Positions 17,552 to 26,441 of a DNA stretch of 32,179 bases are shown piece by piece; position 1 is the stretch's first letter; the number at the start of each line of letters is the position of its first letter. The stretch spans positions 1 to 32,179 of the forward strand of contig JAURZP010000403.1 of NCBI GenBank assembly GCA_030653335.1, written 5' to 3'. Origin of the DNA: Methanoregula sp. (GTDB lineage: Archaea > Halobacteriota > Methanomicrobia > Methanomicrobiales > Methanospirillaceae). The translations under genes were made by a program, and so were the position numbers. The notes under the pieces were generated by a model. The model was not told the DNA's origin and did not search any database. It worked only from the letters and a program-made list of their open reading frames with translations.

Positions 17552-17740
17552 ATGAGTGGTACTATGCGTTGTGATGAAGGTAAACGCTGTCCCAGCTGCG
17601 GGAACTTTCTCACCAGTTCAGAAAAAATCCACTATAGCGGGAAGAATGATTATCAGAGCAAGGCATTTGTTTTCTGTCCTGCCTGCGGATGGAAACAGCG
17701 CTGCACCGAAAGGGACGATGATCTTTTTCCCTATCGTTGA
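17552..17740 (+). CDS. Small zinc-ribbon protein
   Basis: 62 aa with CPSCG and CPACG; 9 nt gap after dynamin stop. Confidence 0.6.
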   Translation: MSGTMRCDEGKRCPSCGNFLTSSEKIHYSGKNDYQSKAFVFCPACGWKQRCTERDDDLFPYR

Positions 17741-17783
17741 TGACGATATGCCCGGTTGGGGTAGATAGCAGGGTTCTGATGGG

Positions 17784-17803
17784 TGAGGGGATAACTCCCC
17801 TCA
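17784..17803 (+). terminator. 8-bp perfect hairpin after dynamin operon
   Basis: TGAGGGGA-TAAC-TCCCCTCA; no strong U-tract follows. Confidence 0.4.
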
Positions 17804-17901
17804 GCGCCTTTAGCCCCTTACCGGGGTAGAACCGTACGGCATACGTGAAGTCCCGATACTTTTTCCAAGTCTTTTTCTATCCTGTTGCAAGTACACTACA
17901 C

Positions 17902-19194
17902 ATGGATCCCCTCCTCGCGTTTGTGATCACCCTTATCCTCATCACCATTGTCAGCCTCTGGTACAGGATATCCCCGTTCTTCACACTGATCGGAGGGGCG
18001 GTCCTGTTCGGGCTCCTTGCAGGTATGACACCCGACGCAACCATGCTGGGGATCATCGCGGGGATCGGCAAGGTATTTTCAGCATTTGGCATCATCATCC
18101 TCTGCGGGGCAGTCATTGCAAAACTCCTGCAGGAACAGCACCAGATCGAAGAGATCGTTACCGACATCAGGAGATACGTGAAAAATCCGCCGGTGATTGC
18201 AGGGATATCCGGATACCTCCTGTCAGTGCCGATCACCTGCTGCATCACCGCGTATATCATGTTAAACCCGATCCTTGACAGTCTTGAGAAAGACAGAACA
18301 AAGCGTAACGTGCTCCTGTATCTTGCTGCCGTTGGGGGCATCATCTCCTACGCCCTTATATACCCCACACCGGTTGTCATCCCGCTTTACGAAGCATTCT
18401 CCGGGGGGATGAGCCCATTACTCTTCGATGCCATTTCCATCCCGCTATCGCTTTTGCTATTAGGGGGAATCCTCCTTTACTTCCGGTTCATCCATCCGGC
18501 TTCTTTCACCACGGAAAGAGATAACCCACAAGCTACACCTCCTACTCAAAGCGATGAGATCAGTACTCCGGTCCTGCACCAGGGAATTCACTGGCGGGCA
18601 TGGGCCCCGTTTATCGCCATCCTGATCGCTATTCCGGTTGCACTTCTTCTCCTGAAATTGTCTCAGATGAGCATGATCAACTTCATCATGCTTGTCGGAG
18701 CGGTCACGGCAATCGCCCTTTCCCCTCCGGCAGCACGGGCAACGGGATTGTCGCAGGGAGCAAAACACGCGGGGCTAATCATCTTTGACATCTGCGGAGC
18801 AGGGGCGCTCGGTTTTGTGATTGTCAAAAGCGGATTTGCACATGTAGCCCTGGGTCAGCTGACCGTATTGATCCCTATCATTCTCGTGCCGTTCATCCTC
18901 GCTGCACTGATCGAGACTGCGCAGGGTTCAAGGGTGGTAACCGCAGTAATTACGGCCGAAGTTCTCGCAGGTTCGGCAGTTGTCGGCGCAATCCACCCGC
19001 TCCCACTTATCCTCCTAGTCGGGGCCGGGTCGTGTGTAGTGTCCTACGTGACCGATCCCTTCTTCTGGCTTGTCCAGCGGACCACAGGGGATGACATTAA
19101 GACCGTGGTGAAGAATTACACGCTGCCCATCGCGCTCGCCGGTGTCGGGATCTTCATTGTGGCGCTCGGGCTTGAGTACCTGGTCTTCCGGTAA
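17902..19194 (+). CDS. GntP-family permease
   Basis: Multi-TM; AQGSRVV, SYVTDPFFWLV (GntP HxNDSxFW-like); start reassigned to ATG 17902. Confidence 0.85.
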   Translation: MDPLLAFVITLILITIVSLWYRISPFFTLIGGAVLFGLLAGMTPDATMLGIIAGIGKVFSAFGIIILCGAVIAKLLQEQHQIEEIVTDIRRYVKNPPVIAGISGYLLSVPITCCITAYIMLNPILDSLEKDRTKRNVLLYLAAVGGIISYALIYPTPVVIPLYEAFSGGMSPLLFDAISIPLSLLLLGGILLYFRFIHPASFTTERDNPQATPPTQSDEISTPVLHQGIHWRAWAPFIAILIAIPVALLLLKLSQMSMINFIMLVGAVTAIALSPPAARATGLSQGAKHAGLIIFDICGAGALGFVIVKSGFAHVALGQLTVLIPIILVPFILAALIETAQGSRVVTAVITAEVLAGSAVVGAIHPLPLILLVGAGSCVVSYVTDPFFWLVQRTTGDDIKTVVKNYTLPIALAGVGIFIVALGLEYLVFR

Positions 19195-19351
19195 TGAAAA
19201 ATGGTTATATAGTCACGTGGATTGTCCGTTTCTGAGGATACAAGGATTGCTATCAGTGCATAAAATAATCGGAATTCCGGAAGAAAAGGAAAAGACACTG
19301 TTATAAAAAATCTCTTTCCGATGTGAACAGCCCCTCCATTTCCGCAACCGA

Positions 19352-20107
19352 TCACATCCTCTTTGGCATGGTCCTCTTGTGCAGGTACATCGTACCAACC
19401 GTAAACACGACCGTGAAAACAGCCAGCGCAGCGATATCGATCCACACGGCGAAAAAGTGTGTGCCGGTAAACGAGTAGCGAACAAGATCCGTAAAATAGG
19501 TGAGCGGGGAGCACACCGCAAGCACCAGCCCCCATGCCGGCATCTGCTCCAGCGGGACGAAGATGCCGGAGATGAAGACCAGCGGGAACTTGATCAGCGA
19601 CGAGAGCATCATGATGTTCGACGGTACATTAGTGGGCGGTACGGCAAGCAGCATCCCGATTGCCGAGAAGCAACACGCGGCCAGAAGAATAGCAACAAGC
19701 AGCGTGATGCCGTGAATGAGAGAAAGACCGACAGCCAACCCGATGATGACCGTAACTATCGTAATCCCGATGCCGAAGAGAATAGAGGCGATCATGTCGC
19801 CAAAGACAATGGCTTCGACCGTGACCGGGCACGACGCGAGCCGCTCAAGGGTCTTTGCCTGACCTTCCCAAGGAAAGATGGCGGGAGACACAGCGGTCGC
19901 TGTAAAAAAGAGTGTCATCCCGACCAGCCCGGATATGAGAAATGAAAGGGGGAGCTGCCTGCCCCCCATCAGGAAGGCAAGAAACATGAAGAGCGGCATG
20001 AAGACCCCGAAGATGAGCACAGGTCCCTTTAGGTAATAGATGCGGATATCCTTCTTTGCAATCGCCCATGCCCGCCGCACCTGTTCGGAAAAACCCGCCG
20101 GGTTCAT
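19352..20107 (-). CDS. ABC-2 type exporter permease
   Basis: WEGQAKTLERL, FISGIFVPLEQMP, SPLTYFTD; six TM. Confidence 0.9.
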   Translation of the reverse strand: MNPAGFSEQVRRAWAIAKKDIRIYYLKGPVLIFGVFMPLFMFLAFLMGGRQLPLSFLISGLVGMTLFFTATAVSPAIFPWEGQAKTLERLASCPVTVEAIVFGDMIASILFGIGITIVTVIIGLAVGLSLIHGITLLVAILLAACCFSAIGMLLAVPPTNVPSNIMMLSSLIKFPLVFISGIFVPLEQMPAWGLVLAVCSPLTYFTDLVRYSFTGTHFFAVWIDIAALAVFTVVFTVGTMYLHKRTMPKRM

Positions 20108-21033
20108 GGTTTTGCCTCCTGCGTCAACCGGAGGAACGCTTCATCGAGGGAGGGGGCCAGCGTGTTCAGCGTGACAATCGCCGCACCGTTCTGCTGGCTG
20201 AAGGTCACAAGGGAGTGAATAGCGGCATCCCGGTTTTCTGCGGAAATCTGCCATTTGTCGCCGGTCCGGTTCACTCCAGTCACATCGCTGAGTCCTGCAA
20301 GGGCATCACTGGATACTTCACGGTCAAAACTTATTTCGATCTTATGCACCCGGTCGATTGCGACTTTGAGTTTCTCCGGAGCATCGATGGCTACCATCTT
20401 CCCGGCCCGGATGATGCCGACCCGGTGGCAGAGCCGGTTGGCCTCCTCCATGTTGTGCGTGGTAAGGAAGATGGTGGTTCCCTTCCGGTTCAGGTCGCGG
20501 AGCAGGGTAAGGATCATCTGGGTGCTCTGCACATCGAGACCGCTAGTAGGTTCATCGAGGAAGAGGAGTTCCGGCTCATGGATGAGCGCCATCGCGAGAA
20601 TGAGCCGCTGCTTCATGCCTTTGGAGTACGCCTGCACTTTCTGGTCTTTGCGCTCAAGGAGTCCCACCATAGTGAGCAGTTCAGAAGAACGCTGCTCTGC
20701 CCGGGAACGCGGGAGCCCGTAGAGTTCCCCCATCAGCATCAGGTTCTGCCATGCGGTGAGATCCGTGTAGGCATTCGAAGTCTCCGGCACCACCCCGAAT
20801 CCCTGTTTTGCCATCACCGGCTCGGTCCGGATATCATGGGCGAGGATCGTGGCGGTCCCGGCATCCGGGGGGATGACTCCGGTCAGCATCCGGGTAGTGG
20901 TGGTCTTGCCCGCGCCATTCGGGCCAAGGAAGCCGAAGATCTCACCTTTCTGGACCTCGAACGATACGTGTTCAACGGCAGTGCTTTTGCCAAAAACTTT
21001 CGTCAGATTTGACGCTTGAATTACCGGGGTCAT
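20104..21033 (-). CDS. ABC exporter ATP-binding protein (DrrA-like)
   Basis: Walker A GPNGAGKT, signature YSKGMKQ, Walker B LLFLDEPT, THNMEE. Confidence 0.95.
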   Translation of the reverse strand: MTPVIQASNLTKVFGKSTAVEHVSFEVQKGEIFGFLGPNGAGKTTTTRMLTGVIPPDAGTATILAHDIRTEPVMAKQGFGVVPETSNAYTDLTAWQNLMLMGELYGLPRSRAEQRSSELLTMVGLLERKDQKVQAYSKGMKQRLILAMALIHEPELLFLDEPTSGLDVQSTQMILTLLRDLNRKGTTIFLTTHNMEEANRLCHRVGIIRAGKMVAIDAPEKLKVAIDRVHKIEISFDREVSSDALAGLSDVTGVNRTGDKWQISAENRDAAIHSLVTFSQQNGAAIVTLNTLAPSLDEAFLRLTQEAKP

Positions 21034-21048
21034 AGCGATCTCATCTCC

Positions 21049-21345
21049 TCATACATCTTCGCGAATGCCGAGAAGGACCATTCGCTGAGTGCAGCGGATC
21101 CCCCGGTTCTCATCTTTTTTTACTGATACAAGGTGCTGGGGTTTGACGGGATGCTCGACACTGCCCGCTGTGATAATCCCTTCACCCTGAAGAACTACAA
21201 ATACAACCGCATAGGGTTCCGGGTGAGGCGGAATCACCTGCCCGGTCTCAAGGCCGACGAGAACAATGTTCGACCCTGCGGTTTTCATCAGGTCTTTTTT
21301 GACCGGACCGGTTGGGGAAAACTCCGTTGCGCTCAGGAGATCCAT
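21049..21345 (-). CDS. Cupin-domain protein
   Basis: GQVIPPHPE...VVLQGEG; start reassigned to ATG 21345. Confidence 0.8.
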   Translation of the reverse strand: MDLLSATEFSPTGPVKKDLMKTAGSNIVLVGLETGQVIPPHPEPYAVVFVVLQGEGIITAGSVEHPVKPQHLVSVKKDENRGIRCTQRMVLLGIREDV

Positions 21346-21456
21346 CGTACCTTCCCCATATTTCGATGGATCCCGGTTTTCCGGGTTTCTCCTTCCATCC
21401 GGATTTTCTTTATGATCTTCATGATTGGATGGTAGGGCTTTAAGTAAATAAAAGTT

Positions 21457-21475
21457 ATTCAATATTTTTTGAAAT
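21457..21475. promoter_or_regulatory. Putative ArsR operator upstream of cupin-ABC operon
   Basis: ATTCAA-TATTTT-TTGAAAT, adjacent to a minus-strand TTTATTTA TATA candidate. Confidence 0.65.
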
Positions 21476-21511
21476 ACTCGAACCATTTCGGTACCATGAG
21501 AGCCCTGGATT

Positions 21512-22246
21512 TCAGACAATCCCATTCCCATAAATTTTGACGAGATAGTACACTCCGATCACAATAAAAACCGCAGCAACCGCTCTCCGTATCCAGACTT
21601 CAGCAGCACCGATTTTCTGAACAATCCCGCTGCACTTCCCAACGCCCTTTACAAGTATATACGAGATCAAGATGACCGGCAACCCCGTGGCAATCGCAAA
21701 CACTGCCGGTATGAACACCGGATCGCCCGCCCCGAGCGCCAGCGGGATGAGCATCGCAAAGAATAGCACAGCGGAGAACGGGCAGAAACTCAGCGCGAAA
21801 ATAATCCCGAGCAGGAATGCGCCCAGGTATCCCTTCTCTGCCAGCCGTGCCGAAATGCCGGATGTGAACCCGGAGAACCAGTCGCCTCCGGGCAGCCGGT
21901 CGAAATGGATGATGTCGAGCAGGTAAATCCCGCATAAGACAAGAAACGGCCCGAGCAGCCGTTCGCCGTAGTGCTGGAGTCCCAAGGCCACTATCTGGAT
22001 GTTCATCCCGAAGAAAACGATGACCGAGGCAACCGTGATATACGCCGTCATCCGGCCGAGTGTGTATACGAACCCGGTGAGAAGCGTGTGCCGGCTGCTG
22101 TCAATCCTCTTTGAAATATAGGCAATAGCGGTGATGTTAGTCGCGAGCGGACAGGGGCTGATAGCGGTCATCAGCCCGATGAAGAATGCGGCAACAAGAG
22201 GGACAGGATTTTCTCCCATTGTCCCGAGAAAATTCAGGAGATCCAT
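21512..22246 (-). CDS. ArsG-family / CcdA-DsbD-like membrane protein
   Basis: AISPCPLATN and ALSFCPFS conserved Cys pair; multi-TM. Confidence 0.85.
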   Translation of the reverse strand: MDLLNFLGTMGENPVPLVAAFFIGLMTAISPCPLATNITAIAYISKRIDSSRHTLLTGFVYTLGRMTAYITVASVIVFFGMNIQIVALGLQHYGERLLGPFLVLCGIYLLDIIHFDRLPGGDWFSGFTSGISARLAEKGYLGAFLLGIIFALSFCPFSAVLFFAMLIPLALGAGDPVFIPAVFAIATGLPVILISYILVKGVGKCSGIVQKIGAAEVWIRRAVAAVFIVIGVYYLVKIYGNGIV

Positions 22247-22247
22247 A

Positions 22248-22724
22248 TCAGGTGAGATCCCCGTTTAAGCGTTTCGAGATCAGACCCGTGAGATAGAAGT
22301 TATAGGTATCTTTGTTGCCGATCAGGGACCACACCCGGGTATCTTCTTTTTTGTGGAAACCATTTGCATCATAAACACCGATCCAGAGTGATGACCCGGT
22401 CACCCCATACTTCGTTGCAAGAGCGACATTCTCCGGAAGGTCATAATTGATATGAGCAAACACGAGCTTTCCTGATGCGAGTTCGACTTTGAAATTGGCA
22501 TTTACGGTCTTTTCCGCGAGGTTGCCAACGGCGATGCAGGATGTGCATTGGGAGTTGCCGTGGAAATGGTACACCTCGACCCGCTCAACAGTGCTGGGGG
22601 CACTGGTTTTGGACAAGGTTGCAGACGGTGCTGCACCCAGATGAGGTGAAGTGTCGGTACAACCTGAAGTAACCAGGAGAACGATAATGAGAAAAACCAC
22701 GGTGAGAGAACGCAAAAGCTGCAT
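22248..22724 (-). CDS. ArsF-family thioredoxin-fold lipoprotein
   Basis: Lipobox-like VTSGC; VEVYHFHGNSQCTSC. Confidence 0.8.
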   Translation of the reverse strand: MQLLRSLTVVFLIIVLLVTSGCTDTSPHLGAAPSATLSKTSAPSTVERVEVYHFHGNSQCTSCIAVGNLAEKTVNANFKVELASGKLVFAHINYDLPENVALATKYGVTGSSLWIGVYDANGFHKKEDTRVWSLIGNKDTYNFYLTGLISKRLNGDLT

Positions 22725-22743
22725 GATGCTATTTTCCTCAGGG

Positions 22744-23142
22744 TTACTTCCCCATGCGTTCAGTGCACTTCAGAGCCTTACGCCCGCTATCCGTGATTGT
22801 GTAGATAATCCAGTTGCCCTGCTGTTCACCGACAATAAGCTCCTGTTCTTTAAGGATATTGAGGTGATAGGAGAGTTTCGATGCCGCAATGTTCACAATA
22901 CCTTTGATGACACAGACACAGAGCGGCTGGGAGAGAAGTGCATACAGGATAGAGAGCCGGATCGGGTCTGCAAGTGCCTGGTGCAACCGGCTGCCGTCGA
23001 GAAGTGCAGTCGAATCCGGGATCTTCGAGAGAAGGCCTTCGATCCCGCCCTGTTTGTCAAGATCTTTTTTAATCGGATCCGGAAGCTCATGACTAAAATC
23101 ACAGCAATTTTTCTTCAGGAGCGATGTCCGTTTCAGTACCAT
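22744..23142 (-). CDS. arsR: ArsR/SmtB transcriptional repressor
   Basis: ALADPIRLSIL, PLCVCVI, SKLSYHLNILK, GNWIIYTIT; N-terminal CC. Confidence 0.88.
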   Translation of the reverse strand: MVLKRTSLLKKNCCDFSHELPDPIKKDLDKQGGIEGLLSKIPDSTALLDGSRLHQALADPIRLSILYALLSQPLCVCVIKGIVNIAASKLSYHLNILKEQELIVGEQQGNWIIYTITDSGRKALKCTERMGK

Positions 23143-23147
23143 GAGTA

Positions 23148-23218
23148 ATTCAAATTAATATGAAATAGCAAGGTATATAATCTTGTCCTGCTCACATTGA
23201 TTCAACAAAAATTGAAAT
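23148..23218. promoter_or_regulatory. Divergent promoter: central TATATAA flanked by two ArsR-type operators
   Basis: ATTCAA-ATTAAT-ATGAAAT (23148-23166), TATATAA (23174-23180), ATTCAA-CAAAAA-TTGAAAT (23200-23218). Confidence 0.75.
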
Positions 23219-23230
23219 GATGTGAGGACC

Positions 23231-23617
23231 ATGGAAGGACAAAAAACCTCCTGTAGTTGTGGTGCAGAGGGAAAAACACGGATCATCTACTCCTGCTCCG
23301 GTATCGGATCGAATGTCGGGCAACTCGCCAATGCGGTCGCGTGCCGGCTGGCGGGCGAAGGGTACGGCGGGGGCTCGTGTCTCGCCGGTGTCGGTGGGGG
23401 TATTGAAAAACTGGTTGGCCAGGGAAAATCGGCTGACGAGCGGATCGTGATTGACGGTTGCCCGGTTGCCTGCGCAAAGAAGATCATGGTTGACAAAAGC
23501 TTGTCAATCGATCGTTACGTTATGATCACGGATCTCGGCATCACCAAAACACCCGGCCCCACATTCGTTGAGAGTGATGTACAAACAGTAATCGATGCTG
23601 TCAAAAACACGCGGTAA
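23231..23617 (+). CDS. DGC-domain putative zinc-binding protein
   Basis: CSG..SNVGQ, SCLAG, IDGCPVAC; ATG 23231. Confidence 0.85.
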   Translation: MEGQKTSCSCGAEGKTRIIYSCSGIGSNVGQLANAVACRLAGEGYGGGSCLAGVGGGIEKLVGQGKSADERIVIDGCPVACAKKIMVDKSLSIDRYVMITDLGITKTPGPTFVESDVQTVIDAVKNTR

Positions 23618-23712
23618 TATCAGGTATGTATGTACAAGACGGTAAAATAGCACCTTGATAAAACTGGAACAGTACGAGCGGATAACAAAATAACTAACAG
23701 AGGAATACACTT

Positions 23713-24783
23713 TTGACAGATCCAATCATCGGCTCACTCCTGATGGGATGGGATACCCTGTTTGGGTATCTCTCGCAACACGTAGTTACCTGCCTGATCC
23801 CGGCGTTCTTTATCGCCGGTGCTATCGCATCGTTTATCAAGAAAGATGCAATCCTGAAATACTTCAGCCCGGAAACCAAAAAGAGCACCTCTTACGGGAT
23901 TGCATCGGTATCAGGTGCTGTGCTTGCGGTATGCAGCTGCACGATCCTCCCGATGTTTGCAAGCATCCTTAAGAAGGGCAGCGGGCTTGGACCCGCGATC
24001 ACCTTCCTGTACGCGGGACCGGCGATCAACATCCTTGCCATCGTCTACACGGCAAATGTGCTCGGGTATGATCTTGGTATCGCCAGAGCAGTGGCGGCGG
24101 TCGTGTTGTCTATCTTGATCGGACTTATCATGATGTCACTCTTCCCCGCCCATGATGATGAGACCACAAAGACTCACGCCGCTGCCCGCAGGGCAGTCAT
24201 GGCAAAGGAAGATACCCGGCCAAGATGGGTTATACCGGCGTTCTTTATCTTCCTGGTCGCCATTCTCCTCATAGGGACTTCAGCGCTTGATGTTTTCATC
24301 AGGCTCCTGATCGTGTACTTCCTCTCAATGGCGGTCGCGTTCCTGCTGATCTACTACTTCACCCGCGACGAGATAACCGACTGGGGACTTGAGATCTGGG
24401 ACCTGACCAAAAAGATCTTCCCGATCCTGGTCATCGGCACGTTCGCACTCGGCGTCCTTGCCTTCTTCCTTCCCCCGGAGACATTCAAGCCGTTCTTTGG
24501 CAACAACTCGCTCCAGGCAAACTTCCTTGCAGCAATCGTGGGAGCAATCCTCTACATGCCAACGCTGCTTGAAGTGCCGGTCATCGGAACAACACTGGGG
24601 TACCTGTCGGGATCCATGGCAAAAGGCCCGGCCCTTTCCCTGCTTTTAACCGGCCCGAGCGTCAGCCTGCCGAGCCTGCTGGTCATCTACCGGATTATAG
24701 GTGCGAAAAAGACCCTTACGTATGCCGGTCTTGTGATCGTATTCTCGACTATGGCCGGATTCCTCTTCGGGAACTTCTTCTGA
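23713..24783 (+). CDS. ArsP-like (DUF318) permease
   Basis: HVVTCLIPAFFIAG, LAVCSCTILP, FLYAGPAIN, GPSVSLPS; TTG start. Confidence 0.88.
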   Translation: MTDPIIGSLLMGWDTLFGYLSQHVVTCLIPAFFIAGAIASFIKKDAILKYFSPETKKSTSYGIASVSGAVLAVCSCTILPMFASILKKGSGLGPAITFLYAGPAINILAIVYTANVLGYDLGIARAVAAVVLSILIGLIMMSLFPAHDDETTKTHAAARRAVMAKEDTRPRWVIPAFFIFLVAILLIGTSALDVFIRLLIVYFLSMAVAFLLIYYFTRDEITDWGLEIWDLTKKIFPILVIGTFALGVLAFFLPPETFKPFFGNNSLQANFLAAIVGAILYMPTLLEVPVIGTTLGYLSGSMAKGPALSLLLTGPSVSLPSLLVIYRIIGAKKTLTYAGLVIVFSTMAGFLFGNFF

Positions 24784-24792
24784 GGTAGTACC

Positions 24793-25071
24793 ATGAGCGA
24801 CGACAAACCCTGCTGTGCCGCAGAAGCGCTCCGGCGCATCCGGCAGATCCCGGTCAACGGGATCATGACGGGCATCACGATGCTCGATGAGAGCATTGAG
24901 GATGTGAATGAGCAGAACCTGGGAAGTGAACAAGAGACCATCGCTGCGCTCATGAAAAAGATCAGAATCTACAATTATGTCCCAAAAGGGGTTGAGGAAG
25001 CATATGCCCATGCCATTATGGAAGAATACAAAAAACCATCCCAAAAAACTAATACAAAAAATGTTGAATAA
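24793..25071 (+). CDS. Conserved hypothetical protein with vicinal Cys pair
   Basis: PCCAAEALRRIRQI...NYVP; GAGGT RBS; tight operon spacing. Confidence 0.7.
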   Translation: MSDDKPCCAAEALRRIRQIPVNGIMTGITMLDESIEDVNEQNLGSEQETIAALMKKIRIYNYVPKGVEEAYAHAIMEEYKKPSQKTNTKNVE

Positions 25072-25085
25072 CTTCTGTAGATCCC

Positions 25086-25322
25086 ATGACAAAAATTGAA
25101 ATTCTCGGGACCGGCTGCGCAAAGTGCAAGCGGCTCTTTGCAAATGTCGAACAGGCGGTAAAGGACTTAAAGATCGCAGCTGATGTCGTCAAGGTTGATG
25201 ACCTTGATGAGATTGTCGAGCGGGGTGTCATGCTGACACCTGCCCTCTTAATCAACGGTGAAATCGTTGCGGAAGGCCGGGTGCCTGACGTGAATGAGAT
25301 CAAATCCCTACTTACAGAGTGA
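25086..25322 (+). CDS. Small redox-active disulfide protein (MTH895/ArsE-like thioredoxin)
   Basis: KIEILGTGCAKC, GVMLTPALLING, GRVP. Confidence 0.9.
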   Translation: MTKIEILGTGCAKCKRLFANVEQAVKDLKIAADVVKVDDLDEIVERGVMLTPALLINGEIVAEGRVPDVNEIKSLLTE

Positions 25323-25327
25323 AAATT

Positions 25328-25774
25328 ATGGCAGAAAAACCAACCTGTTCCTGTGGAGCAAACGAACCAAAACGGATCATCTTTCCCTGTGCGGGAGTGG
25401 CAAATGTCGGACAGCTGACCAACCTTGCCGCGATACAGCTTGCAGAAGAGGGGTACGGCTCACCATCCTGTATTGCGCTCCTTGCTACCGGTGCCGAAAC
25501 GCTGGTGAGCGGAGCAAAACAGGCAGACGAGGTTCTCGTCATTGACGGGTGCCCGGTCACCTGCGCAAAGAAGATTGCCGATGCAAAAGGTGTCCCCGTT
25601 GCACAGCACATCGTTGTGACAGAACTGGGCATCACCAAGGGGCCTTCGAAATCATACACAGCTGATGATGTCGAGAAAGTGGTTGCGGCGTGCTGGAAAG
25701 GCGAAGGGAAGAAGAACTCTGCCGATCCTGCAAAGAAGAATGGGTGTGGCTGCGGATGCGGTGGGACCTGCTGA
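25328..25774 (+). CDS. DGC-domain protein with Cys-rich tail
   Basis: PCAGVANVGQ, SCIA, IDGCPVTC; C-terminal GCGCGCGGTC; ATG 25328. Confidence 0.85.
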   Translation: MAEKPTCSCGANEPKRIIFPCAGVANVGQLTNLAAIQLAEEGYGSPSCIALLATGAETLVSGAKQADEVLVIDGCPVTCAKKIADAKGVPVAQHIVVTELGITKGPSKSYTADDVEKVVAACWKGEGKKNSADPAKKNGCGCGCGGTC

Positions 25775-25782
25775 GCCAGTGA

Positions 25783-26084
25783 GGGGCGAGAACAACGAAC
25801 GATGAAGCAGGGATCCGTGCGTGTGCTGAAGAGTACGCAAAAGAGGATGGCTGGGTACTGAACCAGGACAAAAAATACTCGATACGGTTATCCGGGGACT
25901 GGCACGCAACAAGCAGAAGTTCGGCGAGCGGTATTGTCCGTGCCGGCTCCGGTCCGGTGATTTGGAGAAGGACCGGGCGATCATCTGCCCGTGCATCTAC
26001 CACCGGGACGAGATCGAAAAGGATGGCCAGTGCCACTGCCAGCTCAACTACCGCAGGGACGATGCAGAGCCGGTGACCGGGTGA
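25783..26084 (+). pseudogene. Ferredoxin:thioredoxin reductase catalytic subunit, frameshifted
   Basis: First frame EEYAKEDGWVLNQDKK; after the A6 run at 25870-25875 a second frame gives ILDTVIRGLARNKQKFGERYCPCR...ICPCIYH...GQCHCQL (CPC/CPC/CHC motifs); no in-frame start codon. Confidence 0.8.
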
Positions 26085-26089
26085 AAAGA

Positions 26090-26437
26090 ATGACAATTGC
26101 ACTCGTCACCTGCTCCGGTGTCTCGAACACTGGGAAACTTACCACGCAGGCTGCCCAGATCCTACTCCAGCGAAAGCCGGGCCACTACATCTGGATGCAT
26201 GCCAAGCAGTCCACTGCAATGCTCGAAGCGGAGATCGGAGACGCGGATCAGCTGATAGTTATTGATGGGTGTAAAGACTGTTGCGCGACAAAGAAACTCT
26301 CTGCCTCCCGCATCGCACCCCATCATCACATCATCGCGACCGAGCTCGGCATCGAAAAGAAGGGAATGGGCGAAGTGCAGTATGATGAGATTGAGAAAGT
26401 GGTTGCGGCTGTTGATCAGAAAATAACCAAAGAATAA
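26090..26437 (+). CDS. DGC-domain protein (third copy)
   Basis: TCSGVSNTGK, IDGCKDCC; start reassigned to ATG 26090. Confidence 0.82.
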   Translation: MTIALVTCSGVSNTGKLTTQAAQILLQRKPGHYIWMHAKQSTAMLEAEIGDADQLIVIDGCKDCCATKKLSASRIAPHHHIIATELGIEKKGMGEVQYDEIEKVVAAVDQKITKE

Positions 26438-26441
26438 CACC

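Noticed and set aside
20056-21012. 318-aa plus-strand ORF
   Set aside because: Typical antisense shadow of the ABC ATPase
21346-21531. 62-aa N-terminal extension of the cupin in the ORF track
   Set aside because: Covers AT-rich promoter/operator sequence; ATG 21345 gives a normal-size cupin
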